64,000 nucleotides of DNA from Minisyncoccota bacterium (GTDB lineage Bacteria > Patescibacteriota > Minisyncoccia > Phycocordibacterales > XYD1-FULL-46-19): positions 29,272 through 93,271 of the forward strand of contig JBAYKU010000001.1 of the NCBI GenBank assembly GCA_041664425.1, read 5' to 3'. Position numbers and translations under genes: made by a program. Numbering within the stretch: position 1 is the first letter of the stretch; each line of letters begins with the position of its first letter. Positions 1-10,586 of this stretch are shown piece by piece. The notes under the pieces are model-generated. The model was not told the DNA's origin. It did not search any database and saw nothing but the letters and a program-made list of their open reading frames with translations.

Positions 1-735
1 AAAACAATTTTTTCTTCCCTCCTCGTCGGCTTCCTCGTCATCGCCGGCTCTACCTATGCCGCCGCGCCAGCTTGTCCTGCTACTACTCCTGGCTGTAACC
101 CACCAATTAATGTTAGCAGTAATAATCAAACAAAAAATGGCGGCTTCGGCTTGGGAGGTAATTTTGGCCTCATTCTTAATAAGGTAGTTGATTTTAACTC
201 TGTCGGCACTGGCCGCTCTACTCCTGAATCTCAAATTGGAGCCGTGGCTTCCAACCTAAATATCTATGGTGGAGGATCAGCTGCGGCCAAGACTCGTAAA
301 GTGACCATCTTTGATTCTATTTGTGATAGTGCTGGTGTTTGTAAAACTGTGACTGAAATTGTGACAGGTGGCGGTGGAACTTCTGGGGTCTCTCAAATCA
401 CCGCTGGTACTAATGTGACGATCAGTCCGACAACTGGCACGGGGAATGTGACGGTGAATGCTAGTTTGCAAACAGAAACAAAAACCGGAAGTATTTCTTG
501 TCAAACCACCACCATTTCTGCTGGGTTTGCCAGTTGTAGCGGCAGTGCTACTTGTAGCACCGGTTATAAAATCATTTCTGGTGGCTGTGCTCTTGGTGGG
601 CCTAATGCGGCTGGACAGTTTGGGGCTTTTGCTATTTATTCATCTTACCCTTCTGGTTCAAGTTGGAGGTGCGCTGGTGCTTCACCTGCTTCTAATTTGA
701 GCGGTGGCACGGCTTATGCTATTTGTGCTAGATAA
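1..735 (+). CDS. Secreted Cys/Gly/Thr-rich pilus-associated or adhesin-like protein (5' partial)
   Basis: Frame 1 is open from base 1 (KTIFSSLLVGFLVIAGSTYA signal-like, then PPINVSSNNQTKNG). C-terminal Cys-rich domain ends AYAICAR. Lies upstream of the pilus operon. Confidence 0.6.
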   Translation, partial: KTIFSSLLVGFLVIAGSTYAAAPACPATTPGCNPPINVSSNNQTKNGGFGLGGNFGLILNKVVDFNSVGTGRSTPESQIGAVASNLNIYGGGSAAAKTRKVTIFDSICDSAGVCKTVTEIVTGGGGTSGVSQITAGTNVTISPTTGTGNVTVNASLQTETKTGSISCQTTTISAGFASCSGSATCSTGYKIISGGCALGGPNAAGQFGAFAIYSSYPSGSSWRCAGASPASNLSGGTAYAICAR

Positions 736-750
736 TAATTAAAATTTTCT

Positions 751-787
751 AACCCCGCGCGTCGTCAGACGCGCGGGGTTTTGTTTT
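751..787 (+). terminator. Intrinsic terminator
   Basis: AACCCCGCGCGTC-gtca-GACGCGCGGGGTT followed by a T-rich tail. Confidence 0.85.
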
Positions 788-827
788 ACCCAAAATTTTT
801 GGTACTTAATCAGCTAACGGTGTATAA

Positions 828-882
828 TTTACCCAGTGGAATAAATTTGCTTTGCAAATTAGCTTTGCTATTCCACCGGGGT
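828..882. repeat. Palindromic element, CCC..GGAATA/TATTCC..GGG family
   Basis: CCCAGTGGAATA...TATTCCACCGGG basal stem enclosing two small hairpins. Confidence 0.7.
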
Positions 883-1029
883 TCACCCTATGTGAATAAA
901 AATTTGTTTACAAATTTTAATTTTAAATTAGGACGAGGTGTCTTAGTTATCGGGTGAAATTTTTATTACCACAATGTTTTTACATTATGAAATTATTAGG
1001 TTGGTTTAAAATTTATTCAATAGGGTAAA
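882..1029. repeat. MITE-like element with terminal inverted repeats
   Basis: TTCACCCTATGTGAATAAA...TTTATTCAATAGGGTAAA; ends closely match 12841..12982. Confidence 0.75.
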
Positions 1030-2765
1030 TGGATGGTTCCGATGCACAACTTAAAAGTTTTTTACTTGATTCACGTTTAATTTCCAAGGCGGATTTAGAG
1101 GTGGCTGAAAGTGAGGCTATTGATAGGGGTAGTAAACTCCAGGATATTATTGTCGGTAAAGGTTTGGTGACTGAGGATGACCTCCGACGAGTCAAAGCCC
1201 ACATGCTCGGTATTCCTTTTGTTGATTTGAAAAAAGAAAAAGTCGCCAAAGAAATTTTATCGTTGATTCCCGAACCGATTGCTCGCAAACATAATATTAT
1301 TGCTTATCGTCGCAGTGATATTGGTTTGGAAGTGGCCATGCTCGATCCGCTCGATCTCGAGGCTATTGATTTTCTTAAAAAAAGTTTGAGCTTGAAAGTT
1401 TTACCTCGTCTGACTGATGGTGAATCTATGAGCAATCTCCTGGTTCAGTATCAAAAAAGTCTCAAAGCGGAATTTGGCGATATTATTAGTCGGGAAGCAA
1501 AAATGATTGGTCGGGAAGGGGAAGTTGAAGATGCTGAGGGTTTAAAAAAACTCGCCGAAGATTTGCCAGTAGTTAAAATTGTTGATTCACTTCTCTCCCA
1601 CGCCATTTTGCAAAAAGCTTCTGATATTCATATTGAACCCTACGAAAAAGAATTGATTATTCGTTATCGTATTGATGGCCTTTTGCACGATGCCATGATT
1701 TTACCAAAAGGAGCTTCAGCAGGAGTAATCGCTAGAATCAAAGTTCTGTCCAATCTCCGTTTAGATGAGAAGCGCTTACCCCAAGATGGACGTTTTAAGA
1801 TTGAAAATGATAATCAGCGTGTAGCTTTTCGTGTTTCTATTTTACCGACTTATTTTGGCGAAAAGATTGTCATGCGCCTTTTACCTGACTCGGTTAGTGG
1901 TTTTACCCTCGAAGGTTTGGGTTTCCATGGTCAGTGGCTAGAGCGAATCCAGAGGGCTACCAAGTCTTCGGTGGGTATGATCCTGGTGACTGGCCCAACT
2001 GGTAGTGGTAAAACCACCACTCTATATACAGTGCTTGATATTTTAAACCAACCAGACGTTAATATTTCAACAGTTGAAGATCCTATCGAGTATCAATTAC
2101 CTCGCGTCAATCAAACTCAAGTCAAGCCGGAGATCGGCTTAACTTTTGGGTCTGGCCTGCGAGCCCTCGTTCGTCAGGATCCAGATATTATTATGGTGGG
2201 GGAAATCCGCGATAAAGAAACTGCCAACTTGGCGATTAACGCCGCTTTGACTGGTCACTTGGTCCTCTCTACTCTCCATACTAACTCAGCCTCCGGGTCA
2301 ATTCCTCGTTTCCTAGATATGGGAGCCGAGCCATTCCTATTGGTTTCTACTCTCAACATCGTCATTGCCCAACGCCTGGTGCGGAAATTAATAGTAGAGA
2401 AAACAGAAAAATATTTCTTGTCTGAGGCTGAAATAAAAGAATTAGATGAAAAAATTGATATGGATCGCGTGCTTGAAGCTTTGGTGGATGAAAAGATTGT
2501 GCCTGAAAAGACTACTTGGAAAAAGGTGCCATTTTATCGACCTTTGGCGGGAGAAGACGAGATTTATAGTGGCCGGATAGGTATCCATGAAGTGCTAGAA
2601 GTCTCTCGGGCGATCAAAGATATGATTATGAAAAATGCTACCGCTGATGAGATAGAAGATCAGGCTAAAAAAGAGGGGATGATTACCATGATGGAGGACG
2701 GCATTTTTAAAGCCGCGATGGGCGTCACCACTATCGAAGAGGTTTATAGGGCTACGGCCGAATAA
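1029..2765 (+). CDS. pilB: Type IV pilus assembly ATPase, PilB/GspE family
   Basis: ASDIHIEP, RLPQDGR, Walker A GPTGSGKTT, RQDPDIIMVGEIRD, TGHLVLSTLH. Confidence 0.93.
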   Translation: MDGSDAQLKSFLLDSRLISKADLEVAESEAIDRGSKLQDIIVGKGLVTEDDLRRVKAHMLGIPFVDLKKEKVAKEILSLIPEPIARKHNIIAYRRSDIGLEVAMLDPLDLEAIDFLKKSLSLKVLPRLTDGESMSNLLVQYQKSLKAEFGDIISREAKMIGREGEVEDAEGLKKLAEDLPVVKIVDSLLSHAILQKASDIHIEPYEKELIIRYRIDGLLHDAMILPKGASAGVIARIKVLSNLRLDEKRLPQDGRFKIENDNQRVAFRVSILPTYFGEKIVMRLLPDSVSGFTLEGLGFHGQWLERIQRATKSSVGMILVTGPTGSGKTTTLYTVLDILNQPDVNISTVEDPIEYQLPRVNQTQVKPEIGLTFGSGLRALVRQDPDIIMVGEIRDKETANLAINAALTGHLVLSTLHTNSASGSIPRFLDMGAEPFLLVSTLNIVIAQRLVRKLIVEKTEKYFLSEAEIKELDEKIDMDRVLEALVDEKIVPEKTTWKKVPFYRPLAGEDEIYSGRIGIHEVLEVSRAIKDMIMKNATADEIEDQAKKEGMITMMEDGIFKAAMGVTTIEEVYRATAE

Positions 2766-2766
2766 A

Positions 2767-3993
2767 ATGAAATTTTCTTTTAAAGCTAAAAACATGGGGG
2801 GCGAAGAATTGTCTGCTGAGCGAGAAGCGGCGGATCGTTTTACTTTGGCTCGTGAATTACGAAATGAAGGTTGGGTGTTATTGGTGGCTGAAGATATTAG
2901 TAAGGTCAAAAAAACTTGGAAAGATAAAATTTCTTTTGGCTCGGTTTTTGTTGGAAGAATTAATCTAAAAGATAAAATTCAATTTGTAAACAATCTCGGA
3001 GCGATGGTGGGGGCTGGTCTACCTCTCTCACGAGCTTTGGCTGCTATTTCTCGACAGACCAAGAAAAAAAGCCTCAAAACCATGCTCGAATCGGTTGGAG
3101 CTCGAATCGGTCAGGGTGACAGCCTAAGTAAAGCTTTGGGCCAGTTCCCAGAAACTTTTCCAGAAATTTTTACCGCCATGATTAGTATGGCCGAAGAATC
3201 TGGCAAATTACCCGAGACCTTGAAAACTCTCGGCGATCAATTATCAAAAACTTATGATTTGAAACGCAAAATTAAAGGGGCCATGATTTATCCGGCAGTA
3301 ATAGTGACCGCTATTATTATTGTCGGAGTGTTGATGTTGATTTTTTTGATTCCAACCTTGGCTGCCACTTTTACTGAAATGAATGTGGAATTACCGATTT
3401 CTACCAGAATTGTTATTGGGGTAAGTAATTTGTTAGCCAATCATTATTTGGTTTTTATTATTTCCCTGCTGTTTTTGGTCGCCGGTGGTTTGAGTTTTGC
3501 TAGAACAAAAATCGGTTCACGGATGATTGATAAAGTAACGATGAAATTGCCGATGGTGGGTGAATTGGATAAAAAATATAATTCAGCGACGATTATGAGG
3601 ACTATTTCTTCTTTGGTTAGTGCGGGGGTTAGTTTAGTTGAATCTCTGGCTATCACTAAAAAAGTGGCGGGTAATGTTTTTTATCAAGAATTTTTGGCTT
3701 TAGCGACAGAAAAAATTCAAAAAGGTGTTAGCTTGTCATCAATTTTTAATGAACGAGAAGATTTGTTTCCGGTTTTTGTTGGAGAAATGACAATGGTGGG
3801 GGAGGAAACCGGTAAATTACCAGAAATGCTTTTGCGAGGAGCAGTTTTCTATGAGGAAGATGTTGATCAAGCCACTAAAAACTTATCAACGATTATTGAA
3901 CCAGTTTTAATGATTTTGATTGGTATTGCGGTGGGATTCTTTGCTGTTTCAATGTTGGGGCCAATGTATTCTCTTTCTAGTGCCATCAAGTAG
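2767..3993 (+). CDS. pilC: Type IV pilus inner-membrane platform protein, PilC/GspF family
   Basis: Two T2SSF repeats (EESGKL, EETGKL), AMIYP, IEPVLMILIG. Confidence 0.92.
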   Translation: MKFSFKAKNMGGEELSAEREAADRFTLARELRNEGWVLLVAEDISKVKKTWKDKISFGSVFVGRINLKDKIQFVNNLGAMVGAGLPLSRALAAISRQTKKKSLKTMLESVGARIGQGDSLSKALGQFPETFPEIFTAMISMAEESGKLPETLKTLGDQLSKTYDLKRKIKGAMIYPAVIVTAIIIVGVLMLIFLIPTLAATFTEMNVELPISTRIVIGVSNLLANHYLVFIISLLFLVAGGLSFARTKIGSRMIDKVTMKLPMVGELDKKYNSATIMRTISSLVSAGVSLVESLAITKKVAGNVFYQEFLALATEKIQKGVSLSSIFNEREDLFPVFVGEMTMVGEETGKLPEMLLRGAVFYEEDVDQATKNLSTIIEPVLMILIGIAVGFFAVSMLGPMYSLSSAIK

Positions 3994-4000
3994 TTTAAAA

Positions 4001-5806
4001 ATGTTTATAAAAAATAAAAAAAATACTGCTGGGTATACCCTCGTAGAGGTTATCGTTTCCGTTGCGGTTTTTTTGGTGATAGCCACGGCGGTCTACGATG
4101 GTTATGTCAGTTTGCTTAGAATGATAACCAGTACTCGTTTAAAAACGGCGGCCATTGCTTTAGCTAACGAACAGCTCGAAATTGCCCATAATTTGCCATA
4201 TGATTCTATTGGGTTGGTTGATGGTATGCCAGCGGGTATTTTACCTCGTTTTGCCACCTCGACTCGCGACGGAGTACCTTTTTCTGTTCGTCTATCAATC
4301 CAAGATATTGATGATCTTTTTGATGGTCAGATTGGTGGCACCCCTAATGATTTAGCCCCTAATGACTACAAACGAGTTGAGGTGGAAATCTCCTGCTTAA
4401 CTTGTAAAAATTTTCAACCCTTTATCGCTTCTACTTTTATCGCCCCTAAAAATTTAGAGAACAATACTGGCAATGGAGCCCTCTTTGTTAAAGTGATTGA
4501 TGCTGACGGTTTGCCAATACCAGAAACTAACGTCCATATTGTTTTAGCTAGCACCACTAAAACAGTTGATATTTCAGAAACAACAAACAGTGTTGGAGTT
4601 TTTCAATTGGTAAATACTTATCCCGCTGATTTAGCATACAAAATATCGGTTTCTAAAACTGGTTATTCTAGTGCCAGGACCTACGCCATTGGTGAGGCTG
4701 GTATTGTTAACCCGGTTCAACCTAATGCTACGGTGGTGGCTGGGCAGGTAACCCAAGTAACTTTGGCTATAGATCGTTTGGCTAAAGTTAACATTAAAAC
4801 AATGAACCCTGTCTGTCAGGCTATTGGTAGTGTGCCAATAGTTTGGCGAGGAACAAAAATTTTAGGAACTGATCCTGATGTTTTTAAAATAGATAGCACT
4901 ATTTACACAGACAGTTCTGGTCTGAAAAATATTGTTGACGCTGAATGGGATACCTATACTCTTATTCCCAACATGTCTGGTTATGCCTTGGCTGGTTCAT
5001 TGCCTCTACAATCTTTAGCAGTGGCTCCTGGATCGAGCAATGACGTTTCAATGATTTTAGTGCCAGCTATTCCTCGGGGTCTCTTGGTCTCAGTCAAAGA
5101 TGCTGCGACTGGTCTACCTCTGGCTAATAGTGATGTTCATTTGTCTGGCGGAAGTTTTGATGACACTATGACGACTAATCGTGGTTTTTGGTCTCAGACA
5201 GATTGGTCAGGAGGAGAGGGTCAGATTTTATGGTCAGATATTAGTCAGTATGCCTCTAGTAGTGATATTGACATCATTAATCCGGTTGGCGATTTGAAGT
5301 TGGTTAAAACTGGTTCAGATTATGCTCCCTCAGGCTGGTTAGAGTCATCCGTTTTTAATACGGGCTCAGAAAATACCTCTTACTATCAAATTGGTTGGTT
5401 GCCGTTGAATCAGCCAGCATCAGCCGGCTATGGTGATGTTAGATTGCAGTTGGCGGTCAACAATGATCCAGCTACTACTACGTGGAATTTTACTGGCCCT
5501 GATGGTACGGCTGATACTTTTTATACTGCCACTACCACTGCTATCAGTTCAACCCTCAATAATTACCAGTATATTCGTTATAAAATTTTTCTACAGACTT
5601 TAGATCTGGCTGTTACTCCGGTGATTTCTGATATGCGTTTAACTTATAGTTCAGAGTGTTTACCTTTTGGTCAGGTTTATTTTGATGGTTTGCCGTCTGG
5701 AACTTATAATTTATCTGTTGGACGCACCGGCTACCAAACGGACACCCAAACTTTTGATTTAAATAGTAATTGGCAAAGCAAGGAAATTCAACTTTCACCA
5801 CAATGA
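4001..5806 (+). CDS. Large prepilin-type protein with beta-rich (carboxypeptidase-regulatory-like) domains
   Basis: Class III signal G/YTLVEVIVSV; start moved to ATG 4001, after the pilC stop. Confidence 0.8.
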   Translation: MFIKNKKNTAGYTLVEVIVSVAVFLVIATAVYDGYVSLLRMITSTRLKTAAIALANEQLEIAHNLPYDSIGLVDGMPAGILPRFATSTRDGVPFSVRLSIQDIDDLFDGQIGGTPNDLAPNDYKRVEVEISCLTCKNFQPFIASTFIAPKNLENNTGNGALFVKVIDADGLPIPETNVHIVLASTTKTVDISETTNSVGVFQLVNTYPADLAYKISVSKTGYSSARTYAIGEAGIVNPVQPNATVVAGQVTQVTLAIDRLAKVNIKTMNPVCQAIGSVPIVWRGTKILGTDPDVFKIDSTIYTDSSGLKNIVDAEWDTYTLIPNMSGYALAGSLPLQSLAVAPGSSNDVSMILVPAIPRGLLVSVKDAATGLPLANSDVHLSGGSFDDTMTTNRGFWSQTDWSGGEGQILWSDISQYASSSDIDIINPVGDLKLVKTGSDYAPSGWLESSVFNTGSENTSYYQIGWLPLNQPASAGYGDVRLQLAVNNDPATTTWNFTGPDGTADTFYTATTTAISSTLNNYQYIRYKIFLQTLDLAVTPVISDMRLTYSSECLPFGQVYFDGLPSGTYNLSVGRTGYQTDTQTFDLNSNWQSKEIQLSPQ

Positions 5807-6420
5807 TAAAAAACATTAACAACAAAAAACTAGGCTTTTCTCTTATAGAGATTTTAGTCGTGATGGGAATCGTTGTTTTGATTGGTGGTTCTGTCGCTAC
5901 TTTTCAGCGTGATGTTATTGTCCATAACAGCATGATTCAATCTGGAGCGATAGCAGAAGATGGCGTTAGAAATACTTTGCGTCAAGTTATTGGTGAGTTG
6001 CGCAGCGCTTCTCCCGCTCAAACTGGGGCTTATCTTCTATCGGCCGTCGCTACTAATACCATTACTTTTTATAGTGATATTGATAGTGATGGTCTGCGCG
6101 AACGGGTTAGATATTTTCTCTCTGGCACTGATTTTAAAAAAGGTATCGTTAAACCAACTGGTCAGCCATATATCTACAATATTGCCAATGAGCAAATTAG
6201 AACCGTTTCGCCCAATGTCATTAATGCCACTACTTCCATTTTTTCTTATTACGATACCAACTATAATGGTTCTAGTTCTGCCCTCAGTCTGCCAATTGAT
6301 ATCGCCAAAGTGCGTTTGATTAAAATAAATGTCGGGATTGATCCTAATCCTGGTCGCCCCTTGCAAGCGATGTGGGTATCTTCGCAAGTAATGATTAGGA
6401 ATCTAAAAGATAATTTTTAA
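5803..6420 (+). CDS. Minor pilin (PilW/PulJ-like)
   Basis: G/FSLIEILVVMGI motif; ATGA overlap with the upstream gene. Confidence 0.8.
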   Translation: MIKNINNKKLGFSLIEILVVMGIVVLIGGSVATFQRDVIVHNSMIQSGAIAEDGVRNTLRQVIGELRSASPAQTGAYLLSAVATNTITFYSDIDSDGLRERVRYFLSGTDFKKGIVKPTGQPYIYNIANEQIRTVSPNVINATTSIFSYYDTNYNGSSSALSLPIDIAKVRLIKINVGIDPNPGRPLQAMWVSSQVMIRNLKDNF

Positions 6421-6422
6421 AA

Positions 6423-7841
6423 ATGGAAAGATTGTTATTTAAAAAGAAAAGTGGCTACCTCCTGATTTCTGTCTTGGTTTTTGGGTCTATCGGCGCCATG
6501 ATTATTGGAGTCTTAACTACTTGGCTGGGCACTAATTGGCGAGCAACGATTCAAGTTTCTGAAAGAGAGAGGTCTTTCCAGATTGCTGAAGCTGGAATTG
6601 AATATTATCGTTGGCACTTAGCGCACAGTCCGTTGGATTTTAAGGATGGTACGACGGTTGCTGGTCCCTATGTTCATGAGTTTAGAGACCGGGACAACAA
6701 TTTAATTGGTAGTTTTGAGTTGATTATTACTCCACCTTTGACTGGCTCAACAATTGTCACTATTTTATCTCGTGGCCGAGTAGTCGGTAGCACGGCGACA
6801 AGAGCGATTGAGGTTAAAATGGCGGTACCTTCTCTGGCAAAATACGCAGTGGTGGCCAATAACGTGATGCGCTTTGGTGAGGGAACCGTGACTGTGGGCC
6901 CAATTCACTCCAATGGCGGTATCCGCTTTGATGGGGTAGCTCAAAATTTAGTGACTAGCGCCAAAGATAAATATACCGACCCTGACAGTCCATACGAGCT
7001 AGCTTTTGGTGTTCATACCCACTCCGGTTCCGATGATCCTTCTCCACCTGCCAGTATGCCTAGCCGAGTAGATGTTTTTCAATCCGGTCGGCTATTTCCT
7101 CTGCCTGCGGTTGACTTCTCTGGCTTCACGGCCGATCTGGCTCAAATCAAGACGGATGCTCAGTTTACTGGTAAATATTTTGGTTCGTCTGGTAGCCTTG
7201 GTTACAATATTATTTTAAAAACTGATAATACTTTTGATGTCAAAAAAGTAACGTCACTAGTTTCACCAGACAGTAATTGCTCTACTGATGGTACGACGGG
7301 GTGGGGGACTTGGTCTATTGGAAATACTAGTGCGGTTGGCAATTACCCAATCCCGGCCAATGGACTGATTTTTGCTGAGGATAATGTTTGGGTGGAAGGG
7401 CAAATTAACAATTCTCGAGTAACAATTGTCGCTGCGACTTTTCCTGAAACAACCAATACCTCTAAGAGTATTACTATTAATAAAGACGTTCTCTATACCA
7501 ACTATGATGGTCGAGATGTTATTTCCCTGATCGCTCAGAAAGATATAAATGTGGGACAAGTCAGTGATAATGATTTGCGTATAGATGCTGCCTTGGTGGC
7601 AAAAAATGGTCGCGCGGGTAGATACTACTATAGTACTAGCTGTGATTATAATTCACGTAATTCTTTGACCTTGTATGGCATGATTGCGACCAATAACCGC
7701 TACGGTTTTGCCTATACCAATGGCACTGGTTACGACACACGCAATTTGATCTATGATGGTAATTTGTTGTATGGCCCTCCGCCGTCATTTCCTCTGACAG
7801 CAGAAAACTACGTTGTGATTTCATGGCGAGAGGTTAGGTAA
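6423..7841 (+). CDS. PilX-like minor pilin with large C-terminal domain
   Basis: G/YLLISVLV lacking Glu5, and the AEAGIE motif typical of PilX N-termini. Confidence 0.75.
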   Translation: MERLLFKKKSGYLLISVLVFGSIGAMIIGVLTTWLGTNWRATIQVSERERSFQIAEAGIEYYRWHLAHSPLDFKDGTTVAGPYVHEFRDRDNNLIGSFELIITPPLTGSTIVTILSRGRVVGSTATRAIEVKMAVPSLAKYAVVANNVMRFGEGTVTVGPIHSNGGIRFDGVAQNLVTSAKDKYTDPDSPYELAFGVHTHSGSDDPSPPASMPSRVDVFQSGRLFPLPAVDFSGFTADLAQIKTDAQFTGKYFGSSGSLGYNIILKTDNTFDVKKVTSLVSPDSNCSTDGTTGWGTWSIGNTSAVGNYPIPANGLIFAEDNVWVEGQINNSRVTIVAATFPETTNTSKSITINKDVLYTNYDGRDVISLIAQKDINVGQVSDNDLRIDAALVAKNGRAGRYYYSTSCDYNSRNSLTLYGMIATNNRYGFAYTNGTGYDTRNLIYDGNLLYGPPPSFPLTAENYVVISWREVR

Positions 7842-7858
7842 CCATTAGTTTTTAAGAT

Positions 7859-7893
7859 AATCACCAGCACGCTTCGCGTGCTGGTGATTTTTT
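7859..7893 (+). terminator. Intrinsic terminator
   Basis: AATCACCAGCACGC-ttc-GCGTGCTGGTGATT then TTTT. Confidence 0.85.
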
Positions 7894-7907
7894 GTTAGAA
7901 TAGGCCC

Positions 7908-8675
7908 ATGAAAAAACTAATTATCGGCAATTGGAAGATGAACCCCACCAGCCTCGCCGAGGCCAAGAAGATTTATACCGGGGTCAAAACAAAAGTTAGT
8001 GGTTTGCGCAATGTCAGTGTGGCTATTTGCCCACCCACCGTCTATCTCGGTGTCTTTTCTGCTACTTCTAAAGGTAAAACTAGCTTGATGTTGGGCGCCC
8101 AAGACACTCACTGGCAAGAATCCGGGGCTAGTACGGGTAATATTTCACCTTTAATGCTTAAAGACCTAAAAACTAGCTATGTTTTAGTGGGTCATTCTGA
8201 GCGACGGGCGACCGGGGAGACTGATGAACAGGTCAAACTAAAAATTAAAGCTATCCAAGAATATAAAATGACCTCTGTCCTCTGTGTGGGCGAAAAAGAA
8301 CGAGATGAAAGTGGTCATTATTTGGCGGTAATTAAGCGTCAGATTGAAGATGGCCTGGAGGGATTACCTAAAAAAGCGGCTGAAAAATTAGTGATTGCTT
8401 ATGAACCGGTTTGGGCTATTGGTAAGGAGGCTAAGGGGGTAGAGACACCAGAAGGTTTCAATCATAATATGATTTTTATTCGTAAAACTCTCAGCTATAT
8501 TTTTGGTCAGAAAGAAGCTCTCAAAATCCCTATTCTTTATGGTGGTTCTGTCTCTTCTAAAAATGCCGATAGTTTCCTGCGTGAAGGTCGGGCTGATGGT
8601 CTATTGGTTGGCCGGGATTCTTTGACCGCCAGCAGTTTCGTTGAAATCATTAAAATTGCCAATCAAATAAAGTAG
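7908..8675 (+). CDS. tpiA: Triosephosphate isomerase
   Basis: GNWKMN, GHSERR, AYEPVWAIG, YGGSV. Confidence 0.97.
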   Translation: MKKLIIGNWKMNPTSLAEAKKIYTGVKTKVSGLRNVSVAICPPTVYLGVFSATSKGKTSLMLGAQDTHWQESGASTGNISPLMLKDLKTSYVLVGHSERRATGETDEQVKLKIKAIQEYKMTSVLCVGEKERDESGHYLAVIKRQIEDGLEGLPKKAAEKLVIAYEPVWAIGKEAKGVETPEGFNHNMIFIRKTLSYIFGQKEALKIPILYGGSVSSKNADSFLREGRADGLLVGRDSLTASSFVEIIKIANQIK

Positions 8676-8683
8676 TTAAAAAA

Positions 8684-9790
8684 ATGAAATTATTAAAAAA
8701 TTTACAAAAGGCTGGTTTAAAAGGAAAGCGGGTTTTGGTGCGGGCTGATTTTAATGTGCCTGTGCGCAATGGTAAAGTGACTGAAGCTATGCGCATTGAT
8801 GAAACCTTGCTCACAATTAAATTTTTACTAAAAAATGGTGCCCAAGTTATTTTAATTAGTCATATTGGTGATGATGGTTCAACGAGTTTGCGACCAGTAG
8901 CCAAATACCTGTTGACTAAAAAGTTATCTGTAAAATTCGTTTCTGATTTTGCTTCGGTTGCTAAAGCTAAGGAGTCTATAATCTTAATGGAAAATATCCG
9001 TCGGTTTGAGGGCGAAAAGAAAAATGATCCTGTTTTAGCTAAACAATTGGCGATGTTGGCCGATCTTTATGTTAATGAGGCTTTTTCGGTTAGTCACCGC
9101 GAGCATGCTTCGGTGGTAGGGGTGCCAAAATTGTTGCCGAGTTATGCTGGTCTGCATTTAGTGGAGGAATTGGATTATTTGAAAAAAGTTTTTAAACCAG
9201 ACTTGCCTCTGGTGATGGTTGTGGGTGGTGCCAAATTTAAAACCAAATTTCCTTTATTAAAAAAGTTTTGTCCCAAAGCTCAAATAGTTTGTGTGGGAGG
9301 TGCTTTGGGCAACACTTTAATTAAGGCTCGAGGTTATGAAGTGGGGGTGTCTTTGGTGGATGACATAACGCCAGAAATAAAAAAAATGGCTAAGAGTAAA
9401 AAAATTATTCTACCCGTTGATTTTGTGGTGACCGGAAAGAAAAAAGGGGATTTCTTTGTAAAAAAGGTGGGAGAATTAACAACGACGGATAAAATTGTTG
9501 ATCCTGGTCCTTCCACCTCAAAACTGTTCGCTGAGAAAATTGCTGGTGCTAAAACTTTGCTTTGGAATGGTCCACTCGGTCTAATCGAAGATGGCTTTGT
9601 TCATGCGACAATTTTTCTCGCTCGCAATATCCCCAAGGGTTGTTTTTCTGTTTTGGGTGGAGGGGATTCAGTTGAAGCTTTACGTCAAGCTAGATTGCTC
9701 AAAAAATTATCTTTTGTTTCCACTGGTGGCGGAGCGATGCTTCAATATTTGGCTACTGGCAAGTTGCCCGGAATTTCTGCTCTGAAATAA
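8684..9790 (+). CDS. pgk: Phosphoglycerate kinase
   Basis: RADFNVP, WNGPLG, GGGDS, STGGGA. Confidence 0.96.
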   Translation: MKLLKNLQKAGLKGKRVLVRADFNVPVRNGKVTEAMRIDETLLTIKFLLKNGAQVILISHIGDDGSTSLRPVAKYLLTKKLSVKFVSDFASVAKAKESIILMENIRRFEGEKKNDPVLAKQLAMLADLYVNEAFSVSHREHASVVGVPKLLPSYAGLHLVEELDYLKKVFKPDLPLVMVVGGAKFKTKFPLLKKFCPKAQIVCVGGALGNTLIKARGYEVGVSLVDDITPEIKKMAKSKKIILPVDFVVTGKKKGDFFVKKVGELTTTDKIVDPGPSTSKLFAEKIAGAKTLLWNGPLGLIEDGFVHATIFLARNIPKGCFSVLGGGDSVEALRQARLLKKLSFVSTGGGAMLQYLATGKLPGISALK

Positions 9791-9802
9791 TTGGCTAAAA
9801 AG

Positions 9803-9839
9803 AAAATAGCCCTGTTCGCTAGTGGCGAGCAGGGCTATT
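9803..9839. terminator. Hairpin terminator between convergent genes
   Basis: AATAGCCCTGTTCGC-tagtg-GCGAGCAGGGCTATT. Confidence 0.75.
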
Positions 9840-10041
9840 GTGGTGAGGAAGAAAGGAGATTTTCTATCATTTCCTGAGAGAATTGTCCGGGTGCGCACGA
9901 GTTTCTGTGATGATAATAGGCAACATGGCGCCGATTACACAGTTTGTTGTTGGGACAGGACGAACAATGCTCTTTTCCCCATTCGTAATGGTCGGTAGAA
10001 CTAAAATACTTTTGCTGTCTAGGGCAGAAGATGAGCATCAT
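9835..10041 (-). CDS. Small Cys/His-rich orphan protein
   Basis: 68-aa ORF with GGAGAAG 5 nt before ATG, a TATAAT upstream and a terminator at the stop. Confidence 0.45.
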   Translation of the reverse strand: MMLIFCPRQQKYFSSTDHYEWGKEHCSSCPNNKLCNRRHVAYYHHRNSCAPGQFSQEMIENLLSSSPQ

Positions 10042-10084
10042 AGCTACTTCTCCAGTTGGGGTTGACCTGATTTTCTATCTTCAA

Positions 10085-10522
10085 TTATATACCCCTATCC
10101 TCGCCTGGGTAGTTGATAACTTTAGCTTGCATCTGAATAAATTCTTCTTTGTTAGGGATACTCTCGGCTCGCCAATGTTTGAAGCCGTCGCCTTCAAAGC
10201 GGGGGATAATATGAATGTGGGTATGAAAAATCAGTTGGCCAGCTGCTCGGCCATTGTTCATTCCAAGATTGATGCCATCGGCTTGGGTGCCTATTTTAAC
10301 CATATGGGCTACTTTTTGGACGGTTTCACCCAGTTCTCGAAGAATTGTGGGAGACAAATCAAATAAATCATTGGCATGATCTTTAGGTATGATTAGGGTG
10401 TGGCCGGGATTGATGGGGTTGGCATCAAGAAAAGCTAAAAAATGGTCATTTTCCCAGATTTTATAACAGGGAACTTCTCCAGTAATAATTTTGCAAAAAA
10501 TACAGCTTATTTGGTTAGTCAT
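10085..10522 (-). CDS. HIT family nucleotide hydrolase
   Basis: CIFCKI, PGHTLIIPK, HTHIHIIPR. Confidence 0.93.
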   Translation of the reverse strand: MTNQISCIFCKIITGEVPCYKIWENDHFLAFLDANPINPGHTLIIPKDHANDLFDLSPTILRELGETVQKVAHMVKIGTQADGINLGMNNGRAAGQLIFHTHIHIIPRFEGDGFKHWRAESIPNKEEFIQMQAKVINYPGEDRGI

Positions 10523-10586
10523 AATTTAAGAGTTAGGATAATTGATGTAATCTATAGTATATTGGACTGACCAAAAAAACAAAAAT

